DNA from: Fimbriiglobus sp.
GTDB lineage: Bacteria; Planctomycetota; Planctomycetia; Gemmatales; Gemmataceae
Direction: 5' to 3'
NCBI GenBank assembly: GCA_035539575.1
Contig: DATLIF010000338.1
Coordinates: 1-41,633, forward strand
Length of the DNA: 41,633 nucleotides
Shown: positions 1 through 7,792 of the stretch, piece by piece
Numbering within the stretch: position 1 is the first letter of the stretch
Layout of the letters: the number at the start of each line of letters is the position of its first letter
Position numbers and translations under genes: made by a program
The notes under the pieces: generated by a model
The model's database searches: none
What the model was told of the DNA's origin: nothing
Seen by the model: the letters and a program-made list of their open reading frames with translations, nothing else

Positions 1-94
1 CGATCAGCGCCCGGCCGAGCGGGAGCCGGGCCTCGTCCTCCGCCACCGGAGGCGGAGGACGAGGACCGGCTCCCGCTCGGCCGGGCGCTGATCG
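1..94. repeat. 94-bp near-perfect palindrome (47-bp arms, centre CCGG at 46-49) beginning at base 1 of the window
   Basis: Checked base by base. Base i is complementary to base 95-i for 45 of 47 pairs. The only mismatches are 30/65 (g/a) and 45/50 (a/a). Confidence 0.9.
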
Positions 95-441
95 ACGACA
101 TCGACCTCGAAGAGAACGGCGGTGACGACATCCCGTCTTACATGCCGCGGAAGGGCGCGCCGCCCGCGCCCAAGCCGGCGAAGCCAGCCCAGCAACCGGC
201 CGGGCGGTCCGGCCGGGCCGCGAAGCCCGCCGCGCCGGCCAAGCCGAAGCTCGAGGCGAAGCCAGCCCAGCAACCCGCCCGTGGTTCGCGGTCGCAACCC
301 GCCCGCCGCGGCGAGGAGCCGAAGCCGGCGCGGGAGGCGAAGAAGCCAGCAGCCGAGCCGAGGCCCGTGCCCAAGCCCGCGCCCAGGCCCGCGCCGCTGG
401 CCGACGAGGATGCCGAGTTCGGGGCCGGTCTGGACCTGTAG
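1..441 (+). CDS. 3' end of a CDS (5' part outside the window); Pro/Ala/Lys-rich low-complexity C-terminal tail, function unknown
   Basis: Frame +1 is open from base 1 to TAG 439-441; the ORF track lists it only from Met 142. Codons mostly end in G/C (ccg, aag, gcc, gag). KPAQQPA is repeated (nt 181-201 and 259-279) and the product ends ADEDAEFGAGLDL. The first 94 nt are a palindrome, so the extreme 5' part may not be genuine. Confidence 0.4.
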   Translation, partial: RSAPGRAGAGPRPPPPEAEDEDRLPLGRALIDDIDLEENGGDDIPSYMPRKGAPPAPKPAKPAQQPAGRSGRAAKPAAPAKPKLEAKPAQQPARGSRSQPARRGEEPKPAREAKKPAAEPRPVPKPAPRPAPLADEDAEFGAGLDL

Positions 442-585
442 CGGTCGCGGCCCCGGACACATGCTCTCATTCCCTTCTCACCACCGGGGATCGCGCTACC
501 CCTCGGCCCGGGCGATTGATAAAACCGCTCCACAGGCGCCCACCACTCGCCGCACACCAATCTGACCTGCTCCGGGGGGCCGACC

Positions 586-3294
586 GTGCCCGTCCTGTTC
601 GCCGCGACGCTCTTCGTCAGCGCCACGCTGCTGTTCATGGTCCAGCCGATGGTCGGGAAGATGATCCTGCCGCTGCTCGGCGGCAGCCCGGCCGCGTGGA
701 ACACCTGCATGGTGTTCTTTCAGGCGCTGTTGCTGCTCGGCTACCTGTACGCGCACCACGTCACCAGCAAGTACAGCCCGGCGAGGCAGACCGCCGTCCA
801 CCTCGGGGTACTCGGGGCCGCGATCGCGTGGATGGTCGTGGCAGCGATGCTCTCCCCGAACGACGCCCCGGTCGCGGTCTTCAAGAGTCTCGCCCCGCAG
901 GGCCAGTCGTACCCGATGTTCGGGGTGATGGCGCTGCTGGCTGTCGCGATTGGATTGCCGTTCCTGGTCGTCTCGACCAGCGCCCCGCTACTGCAGAAGT
1001 GGTTCGCCTACACCGGCCACCCGTCGGCACGCGACCCGTACTTCCTCTACGCCGCCAGCAACGCCGGCAGCCTGATCTCGCTGTTGGGCTACCCGCTGGT
1101 GATCGAGCCGAGTCTGACGCTGGCCAGCCAGGCGTGGGTCTGGGCCGGCGGGTTCGTGCTGCTAATGGGCATGGTCTACCTGTGCGGCCAGGCGGCCAGT
1201 AGCCCGCTGCGGCCGCTGCCCAAGTCGAAGCCCGCGACCGCCGCCCAACCGGGGCAACCTTCCGTCGCCGACCCGGCCGCTCCGACCATCCTGCAAAAGC
1301 TCCGCTGGCTCGGTCTGGCGTTCGTGCCGTCGAGCCTGATGCTCGGCGTCACCTTCCACATGACCACCGACATCGCCTCGGTGCCGCTTCTGTGGGTCAT
1401 CCCACTGGCTCTGTACCTGCTGACCTTCATCATCGCGTTCGGCCGTACCCCGAGTTGGTTCCGCCCGGTGCTGGCCAACCTCAGCCCGGTCCTGACACTG
1501 CTGCTGGTGTTCGTGCTGACCTCGAAGGTGGCGAGCCGGGACGGGTTCACCCCGTTCATGGCTCTGTCGATCCATGTGATCGTCTACTTCTTCACCGCGC
1601 TCCTGATGCACACGGAACTGGCCCGGGAGCGGCCGCACCCGACGCACTTGACCGAATACTACCTCTGGATCTCGATGGGCGGCGTGCTCGGCGGCATCTT
1701 CAATGCCCTCATCGCGCCGGTCTTCTTCAACGAGGCATACGAGTACCCGATCGCCATCGCCATCGGCTGCCTTCTGATCCCGAGTCTGACCGAAGACGCC
1801 GAGCCGACGCCCGAGCCGACCGGCTGGCGGCGGTGGCGGCCGTACATGCTCGACGTCCTCATTCCGCTGGCCATGCTCTGCCTGGTGAGCTGGCTGACCG
1901 TCCTGCCGGAGCGGGCCGACTGGTTCGTCTCGGCGTGCAACTGGGTGGCCGAGAAGATCACCGCGGCGCTCCAGTTCTGCGGGATGTCAGTCGGCGTCTC
2001 CCCCGACACTATCCAGATCCTGGCGGTCTACGCGGTGCCGTGCATCCTGTGCTTCTTCTTCATCGACCGCCCGGTCCGGTTCGGGCTGTGCGTGGCCGCG
2101 GTCCTCGGGGTCGGGATGTACCGCGCGTACGAGTCGAAGGACACGGTGGATGCCGCCCGCAGCTTCTTCGGCATCCTCCGGGTCGAGCACTACGGCGAGC
2201 GGCAGGCGCTCTTACGGTTCGAGGGGACCGACCCGGAAGACGGCGAGAAGAAGTTCTTCGCGTACCCGTTCGACCACCGGTTCTACAAGCTCTCGCACGG
2301 CACCACCCTGCACGGGATGCAGGCGGCCGAAAGCGACACGTACCCGCTCAAGGACGACCTGAAGACCCTCGGTGCGACGTCGCCGTGGAACACGCTGCTC
2401 ACCCTCGGTGCGCAGGCCGCCTGGGACTTCCGCCAGGAACCGCTGACGTACTACCACCGCACCGGCCCGGTCGGGAAGATCTTCCACCGGTTCCGCGAGG
2501 TGGACCCGAATGGCGACGTGGCGATGGTCGGCCTGGGCAGCGGGTCGGCCGCGGCCTACGCCACGCCAGGGCAGAAGCTCACCTTCTACGAGATCGATCC
2601 GACCGTCATCGCCATGGTCGAGACGCCGAAGGTGATGAACCCGGACGAGGTGGCGAAGGGCGAGAAGCCCCGGATGGGGCCGTTCACCTTCATCGACGAC
2701 GCCCGCAAGCGCAGCGCGACAATCGAACTGGTCCTCGGCGACGCCCGCCTGAAGCTGGAGGAGCACACGGACCGCAAGTACGCCCTGCTGCTGGTGGACG
2801 CGTTCAGTTCCGATTCAATCCCGGTCCACCTGCTGACCAAGGAAGCGCTACTGTTGTACAAGGACCGGCTGACCGAACACGGACTGCTAGCGCTGCACAT
2901 CTCGAACCGGTACATCGACCTGGAACCGGTGGTTGGGGTGCTGGCGAAGGAGACGGGGCTGGTGGCGCGGGTGTTCCGGGACGACGACCAGAGCCCGCCG
3001 GGCAAGGCTCGGTCGTCGTGGGTGGTGCTGGCGAAGACCGACGCCGACCTGGGCGACGAGATCCTCGGCACAGACTCGGACGAACGATACGGCGCGATCG
3101 CCGGTGGGTTCGGGTACGACCTGTTCGACAACGCACGGTACGAGTTCTTCGTCTTCCCGTGGAAGAAACTGCGGACCCAGAAGAACCTGCGGCCGTGGAC
3201 GGACGACTACTCGGACGTGCTGGCGGTGATGCAGATGAAGGAGATCCAGGCGGTCCGCCGGTTCTTCGGGCTGCCGACCCCGAAGGACGACTGA
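586..3294 (+). CDS. Fused polytopic membrane domain / spermidine-synthase-like (class I methyltransferase fold) protein, 902 aa
   Basis: GTG start. The N-terminal ~480 aa are a run of hydrophobic helices (LFVSATLLFMVQPMVGKMILPLLGG, VIPLALYLLTFIIAF and others). The C-terminal ~300 aa carry spermidine-synthase-type motifs (VGLGSGSAAAY, LLLVDAFSSDSIPVHLLTKEA, LLALHISNRYIDL). This resembles the family databases call fused MFS/spermidine synthase. Confidence 0.8.
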   Translation: MPVLFAATLFVSATLLFMVQPMVGKMILPLLGGSPAAWNTCMVFFQALLLLGYLYAHHVTSKYSPARQTAVHLGVLGAAIAWMVVAAMLSPNDAPVAVFKSLAPQGQSYPMFGVMALLAVAIGLPFLVVSTSAPLLQKWFAYTGHPSARDPYFLYAASNAGSLISLLGYPLVIEPSLTLASQAWVWAGGFVLLMGMVYLCGQAASSPLRPLPKSKPATAAQPGQPSVADPAAPTILQKLRWLGLAFVPSSLMLGVTFHMTTDIASVPLLWVIPLALYLLTFIIAFGRTPSWFRPVLANLSPVLTLLLVFVLTSKVASRDGFTPFMALSIHVIVYFFTALLMHTELARERPHPTHLTEYYLWISMGGVLGGIFNALIAPVFFNEAYEYPIAIAIGCLLIPSLTEDAEPTPEPTGWRRWRPYMLDVLIPLAMLCLVSWLTVLPERADWFVSACNWVAEKITAALQFCGMSVGVSPDTIQILAVYAVPCILCFFFIDRPVRFGLCVAAVLGVGMYRAYESKDTVDAARSFFGILRVEHYGERQALLRFEGTDPEDGEKKFFAYPFDHRFYKLSHGTTLHGMQAAESDTYPLKDDLKTLGATSPWNTLLTLGAQAAWDFRQEPLTYYHRTGPVGKIFHRFREVDPNGDVAMVGLGSGSAAAYATPGQKLTFYEIDPTVIAMVETPKVMNPDEVAKGEKPRMGPFTFIDDARKRSATIELVLGDARLKLEEHTDRKYALLLVDAFSSDSIPVHLLTKEALLLYKDRLTEHGLLALHISNRYIDLEPVVGVLAKETGLVARVFRDDDQSPPGKARSSWVVLAKTDADLGDEILGTDSDERYGAIAGGFGYDLFDNARYEFFVFPWKKLRTQKNLRPWTDDYSDVLAVMQMKEIQAVRRFFGLPTPKDD

Positions 3295-3303
3295 GGCGCC
3301 GCC

Positions 3304-4464
3304 GTGGCCGACCGGGTACTGATCCTGGGCGCGTCGGCCCGCGCCGCGGCCGCGTCGGCACGGCGGGCCGGGCTGGACCCGTTCGCCATCGACCTGTTCG
3401 CCGACGCCGACACGCAGCAACTCTGCGACTGCCTGCGCTGCCCGCCGGACCGCTACCCCGAGGGGCTGTTCGAGCTGGCGAAGCAAGCCCCGCCGATGCC
3501 GTGGATGTACACCGGCGGGCTGGAGAACTACCCGGAGCTGATCGCCGGCTTGGCCCGCGAGCGAGAGTTATGGGGGAACGGGCCGAACGCTCTCGGATAC
3601 GCTCGCGATCCATACCAGATTGCCTGGATTCTTGAATACTACGAGCTACCAGGTCCAGGCGTGCGCCATCCATTGACCGGCTTGCCGCCAGAAGGATGCT
3701 GGCTACGGAAGCGGCGTGGTGGTTCTGGTGGTCTCGGTGTCCGAATCGCTACCCTCACGGATTTTGAATCTCCTTCCAGCGATCCAGATGGCCATTACTT
3801 TCAGCAGTTCGTTCCAGGTCGTTCGATGTCGGTGGCATTCAGTACCGGAGGCAAACTTGTCTGGCAACATCTCATGCTCGGTGTCACGATTCAACTCGTC
3901 GGCGAGTCCTGGCTACACGCTCCTCCCTTCCGGTACGCGGGCAACATTGGTCCGGTTGACTTGACGGACGAGATCACTCAACAAGTGCGAACTGCGGGCG
4001 ACCGGATCGCGACCCATACCGGACTTCGTGGGACGTGGGGCATTGACTTTGTGATGCACCTTGAGTCCCCATATACCATCGAAGTCAACCCCCGATACCC
4101 CGCGTCCGCTGAGATCATCGAGTTTGCAACCGGTCGCCCGGTACTGGCGGTGGGCCTCGAAGACTCGGCCCACCCTACGAAGACCGTCGGCAAGGCCATC
4201 TACTACGCCCCACACCGCCTCACCTTCCCCGCCTCCGGCCCGTGGGACGACTCCGTCCGCCACGCCGCCGACGTCTGGCGCCGCCCCGACTTCGCCGACG
4301 TGCCGCACCCCGGCGAGGTCATCGAGGCCGGGCACCCGGTGCTAACCATCCTCACTGAAGCGGACACCGAGGCGGCATGTCTCGCCCGGTTACAATCACG
4401 GGCGGCGGAACTGGACCGCCTGTTCGGGTTCCCCACGCCGGAGGGCGAGTCATGCCGACCCTGA
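3304..4464 (+). CDS. ATP-grasp enzyme of the type found in H4MPT/methylofuran C1 gene clusters (methylotroph orf7/orfY class; MfnD/MptN-like ligase candidate)
   Basis: GTG start 9 nt after the previous stop. ATP-grasp-like features: LRKRRGGSGGLGV Gly-rich loop, YFQQFVPG, WGIDFVM...IEVNPRYPAS. It sits immediately upstream of mch and overlaps it by 13 nt. Confidence 0.75.
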   Translation: MADRVLILGASARAAAASARRAGLDPFAIDLFADADTQQLCDCLRCPPDRYPEGLFELAKQAPPMPWMYTGGLENYPELIAGLARERELWGNGPNALGYARDPYQIAWILEYYELPGPGVRHPLTGLPPEGCWLRKRRGGSGGLGVRIATLTDFESPSSDPDGHYFQQFVPGRSMSVAFSTGGKLVWQHLMLGVTIQLVGESWLHAPPFRYAGNIGPVDLTDEITQQVRTAGDRIATHTGLRGTWGIDFVMHLESPYTIEVNPRYPASAEIIEFATGRPVLAVGLEDSAHPTKTVGKAIYYAPHRLTFPASGPWDDSVRHAADVWRRPDFADVPHPGEVIEAGHPVLTILTEADTEAACLARLQSRAAELDRLFGFPTPEGESCRP

Positions 4465-5399
4465 ACGATCGGGCCGACCGTGTGGCCAACGAACTGGAGC
4501 GCAACGCCGACGCCTTGCGTGTGTCCGTCTCCCGCGTCGGCGGCAGCCGGGTGATCGACTGTGGTGGCGGTGTCACCGGCAGCCTCGCCGCCGGGCTGCT
4601 CATGGCCCGCGCCTGCCTCGCCGACCTCGCCGAAGTGGGGTTCGTGCCTTCCCCGATCGCAGAGTTGCCCGGCCCAGCGGTGCAGGTGCGGACCGACGAC
4701 CCGGTGCGGGCGTGCCTGGCGTCGCAATACGCCGGCTGGCAAGTGTCGATCGATGGCAAGTTCTTCGGCATGGGCTCCGGCCCGATGCGAGCGGCCTATG
4801 CCAAGGAGGAACTCTTCCAGCACATCCCCGGCAAGGAGGAGCCGCAGTGCGCCGTTGGGGTGATCGAGTCCCGCAAGCACCCGACGGAAGAAGTGGTCTC
4901 GTCGCTGGTCCGCCGGCTGCCGCCGTCGGTGGAGCGACTAACGTTACTCGTTGCCCCGGCGTCGAGTCTCGCCGGCAACGTGCAGGTTGTGGCCCGCTCC
5001 GTCGAGACGGCCCTGCACAAGCTCCACGAACTCAAGTTCGACGTGAAGCAAGTCGTCAGCGGATACGGCGTCGCCCCGCTGCCGCCGGTCGCCCGTGACG
5101 AACTGGCCGCCATCGGCCGGACCAACGACGCCATCCTCTACGGCGGTCGGGTGACGCTCTGGGTGCGGACCGACGACGAGCATATTGAGGCGCTCGGCCC
5201 GCGGGTGCCGTCGAGTGCGTCGAAGGACCACGGGGCACTCTTCGCAGAACTCTTCGCCCGGTACGGCGACTTCTACAAGATCGACCCGCTCTTGTTCTCG
5301 CCCGCCGAGGTGACGTTCGTGAACCTGAAGACTGGCAACTGTCACACGTTTGGCCAGGTCGAACCGGCGTTGTTGCGGAAGTCGTTCTACGGGGAGTAA
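4452..5399 (+). CDS. mch: Methenyltetrahydromethanopterin cyclohydrolase
   Basis: Strong resemblance to Mch: VIDCGGG, ASQYAGW, GMGSGPMRA, SSLAGNVQVVARSVETALHKL, IGRTNDAILYGGRV, KDHGALFAELF..GDFYKIDPLLFSPAEV. The ORF track starts at 4377. I prefer ATG 4452 (MPTLNDR...), which overlaps the upstream stop and gives about 315 aa, the usual Mch length. Confidence 0.9.
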   Translation: MPTLNDRADRVANELERNADALRVSVSRVGGSRVIDCGGGVTGSLAAGLLMARACLADLAEVGFVPSPIAELPGPAVQVRTDDPVRACLASQYAGWQVSIDGKFFGMGSGPMRAAYAKEELFQHIPGKEEPQCAVGVIESRKHPTEEVVSSLVRRLPPSVERLTLLVAPASSLAGNVQVVARSVETALHKLHELKFDVKQVVSGYGVAPLPPVARDELAAIGRTNDAILYGGRVTLWVRTDDEHIEALGPRVPSSASKDHGALFAELFARYGDFYKIDPLLFSPAEVTFVNLKTGNCHTFGQVEPALLRKSFYGE

Positions 5400-5404
5400 C
5401 AGTC

Positions 5405-6268
5405 GTGCGGATCGCCCTGCTCTCCGGCGGCACAGGCTGGCACGTTAAAGACCTGGCGCGGGCCGCGGCCGACCTCGGCCACGCCGCCGGCATCCTCGAC
5501 TTCCGCCGACTATCCGCCGGTGCCCCCAGCCAGGGATACGAACCGCTTGCCGGCTACGATGCCGTGGTCGTCCGCACCATGCCGGCCGGGTCGCTGGAGC
5601 AGGTTGTCTTCCGCATGGACATGCTCCACGCGGCGGCTGCGGCCGGCGTCCTGGTACTCAACCCGCCGCGGGCCGTCGAGGCGTGCGTGGACAAGTACCT
5701 GACCAACGTCCGGCTCCTCGCCGCCGGGCTGCCGGTGCCGGAGACGGTCGCCTGCCAACGGGCCGACGACGCCCTGATGGCGTTCGACCGCCTCGGCGGC
5801 GATGTGGTGGTGAAGCCGCTATTCGGCGCCGAGGGTCGCGGTATGGTGCGGGTGATCGACCCCGAACTGGCGTGGCGGACCTTCCGTGCCATCGAGCAGA
5901 CTGGCGGGGTGATCTACCTGCAACGGTTCGTCCGCCACCCCGGCTGGGATCTGCGGGCGTTCGTGATCGGCGGCAAGGTGGTCGCGGCCATGAAGCGCAC
6001 AGCCCGCGGCGACTGGCGGACGAACGTCGCCCAGGGCGGCACCGCCGAGCGGGCCGAGTTGGCTTTTTCCGAACGCAAGCTGGCCGTGCAGGCGGCCGAG
6101 GCGGTCGGGACGGCGGTGGCCGGTGTGGACTTGTTGCCGGGGCCGGGTGGGGAGTGGTTCGTGATCGAGGTAAACGCGGTCCCCGGCTGGCGGGCGCTCG
6201 CCGCGGTAACAGGGCATGACATCGCAAGGACGGTCGTCCGGTTCCTGGCCGAGGAGTACCGGCTGTGA
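5405..6268 (+). CDS. RimK-type ATP-grasp alpha-L-glutamate ligase family protein (MptN/orf5-like)
   Basis: 287 aa with RimK-like layout: MRIALLS..., VLNPPRAVEACVDKYLT, VVKPLFGAEGRGM, IYLQRFV, DLRAFVIGGKVVAAMKR, WRTNVAQGG, GVDLL...VIEVNAVPGW. GTG start 5 nt after the mch stop. Confidence 0.85.
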   Translation: MRIALLSGGTGWHVKDLARAAADLGHAAGILDFRRLSAGAPSQGYEPLAGYDAVVVRTMPAGSLEQVVFRMDMLHAAAAAGVLVLNPPRAVEACVDKYLTNVRLLAAGLPVPETVACQRADDALMAFDRLGGDVVVKPLFGAEGRGMVRVIDPELAWRTFRAIEQTGGVIYLQRFVRHPGWDLRAFVIGGKVVAAMKRTARGDWRTNVAQGGTAERAELAFSERKLAVQAAEAVGTAVAGVDLLPGPGGEWFVIEVNAVPGWRALAAVTGHDIARTVVRFLAEEYRL

Positions 6269-7131
6269 AGTTCAATGTTAGCATAAGAGAGCAGATCGCG
6301 TGCATCTGGGAGGTGTGCTCCCGAAAAGTCGGGAATGTCCACCCTGGCGCCTCGTTCGCCGATACGACGTTCACGGACTTTTTGCTCAGTGCTGCGGCGA
6401 TGGATGTGACCTTCAACTGCCAAAACTACGGTGGTGTCGGACCGGCGATCTACCTGACCGTGGAAGATAATAAGCGACTGGTCGGCAAAAACACTAACCT
6501 CGGTATTACCTTACTACTAGCTCCGCTCTGCGCCGCGGGGATGCCCTTTCGATCCATGTTGCCAAGCATCTTAAACTCGCTGACCGTCGCCGACGCTGTA
6601 CAGGTCTACCACGCCATCCGCCTCGCCAACCCCGGCGGCCTCGGTGACGCCCCGGACCAGGACGTCCGCTCCGAGCCAACTGTCACCCTGCTCGAAGCGA
6701 TGAAGCTCGCCGCAGACCACGACCTGATCGCCCGACAGTACGCCAACGGGTTCGCCGACGTCTTCGACTTCGGCGTGCCCGCGTTCCTCCAAGGGCTGGA
6801 GCAGTTCGGCTGCGTCGAGGCCGCGGTCATCGACTGCCAACTCCAGTGGCTCTCCGCGTATCCCGACTCGCTCATCGCCCGTAAGAACGGTCCGGCCATC
6901 GCCGAGGACGTTCGGCAACGCGCCGTTGAGGTGCTGCGGCTCGGCGGACTCTCCACTACCGAGGGCCGCGCCGCCGGGTTCGCGCTAGACCGGCACCTGC
7001 GCTCCGACGGCAACAGGCTCAACCCCGGCACCACCGCCGACCTGATCACCGCTTGCCTGTTCGTCGCCCTGCGGGAGAATAAGGTAGCGCCCTCCGCACC
7101 GTTCCGCTGGAACGTCCCCGACTGGCTCTAA
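6265..7131 (+). CDS. Triphosphoribosyl-dephospho-CoA synthase (CitG/MdcB) family protein, orf9-like member of H4MPT clusters
   Basis: GTGA start/stop overlap with the upstream gene. CitG-like motifs: RKVGNVHPG, NTNLGITLLLAPL, NPGGLG, ARKNGP, LNPGTTADL. Confidence 0.8.
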   Translation: MKFNVSIREQIACIWEVCSRKVGNVHPGASFADTTFTDFLLSAAAMDVTFNCQNYGGVGPAIYLTVEDNKRLVGKNTNLGITLLLAPLCAAGMPFRSMLPSILNSLTVADAVQVYHAIRLANPGGLGDAPDQDVRSEPTVTLLEAMKLAADHDLIARQYANGFADVFDFGVPAFLQGLEQFGCVEAAVIDCQLQWLSAYPDSLIARKNGPAIAEDVRQRAVEVLRLGGLSTTEGRAAGFALDRHLRSDGNRLNPGTTADLITACLFVALRENKVAPSAPFRWNVPDWL

Positions 7132-7133
7132 TC

Positions 7134-7627
7134 ATGGCCTCCGAACGCTACGTCGTCCGCGTCACCAAGGACCACCTGGTCTTCTGCTCTGGCCACTTCA
7201 TCAGCTACGCCGGCCACCAGTGCGAGCGGCTGCACGGCCACAACTACCGCGCCACCGTCGAGGTCGAGGGGCCGCTCGACGAAAACTTCTACGTCTTCGA
7301 CTTCATCGCGCTGAAGCAGCGCACGAAAGAGATCACCGACGAACTCGATACCACATGCTGCTCGCCACAGCAAACCCGGTCATCAAGGTCGAGGAGCAAT
7401 CGGGCCGCGTGCGGGTGACGTACCGTGACCGCGAGTGGATCTTCCCGCGCGAGGACTGCGTCCTGCTCCCCATCGAGAACACTACCGCCGAGTTGATCGC
7501 CCGCTACATCGCCGGCCGGCTCGCCGACGCCCTCCGCACCCGGCACAACTTCTCCCCGATCGTCCTCCGCGTCGAGGTCGAGGAGAACGTCGGCCAGTCC
7601 GCGACTTACGAGTGGCGCCCGGCCTGA
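7134..7627 (+). pseudogene. 6-pyruvoyl-tetrahydropterin synthase / QueD-family gene interrupted by a 1-nt frameshift at about 7347-7352
   Basis: Frame 0 (7134-7418) encodes the N-terminal half with C-x-x-H and ERLHGHNY motifs. It then reads ELDTTCCSPQQ..., which is nonsense. Frame -1 from 7349 reads YHMLLATANPVIKVEE...VRVEVEENVGQSATYEW to TGA 7625-7627, a normal family C-terminus. Adding one base after GAT 7347-7349 would restore the family LDH(H)MLL motif. Confidence 0.7.
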
Positions 7628-7792
7628 CCGAGCTACGTCGTTTGCAGGCCCCGATCTCCAGACGCATTTCAGTAGCACGTCCCACTGACTTCGTATTCCG
7701 TTTCGATTCGAGCGGCTTGCCGTCTATCATCCGGTTGTTTCTGCCGGCGACCGGACCCGGCCCGCATAACTGACCCCCCAACACCGGACCGC

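Noticed and set aside
7341-7358. Programmed -1 ribosomal frameshifting as the explanation for the split PTPS-like gene
   Set aside because: There is no X XXY YYZ slippery heptamer at the shift site. A -1 slip would give ELDYHMLL, which lacks the conserved LDH histidine. An indel (sequencing error or mutation) explains it more simply.
7628-7792. Possible riboswitch or leader in the 165-bp region upstream of the Ca2+/H+ exchanger
   Set aside because: I could not recognise any known riboswitch core (for example yybP-ykoY) or a convincing conserved-looking helix set. An Infernal/Rfam scan would be needed.
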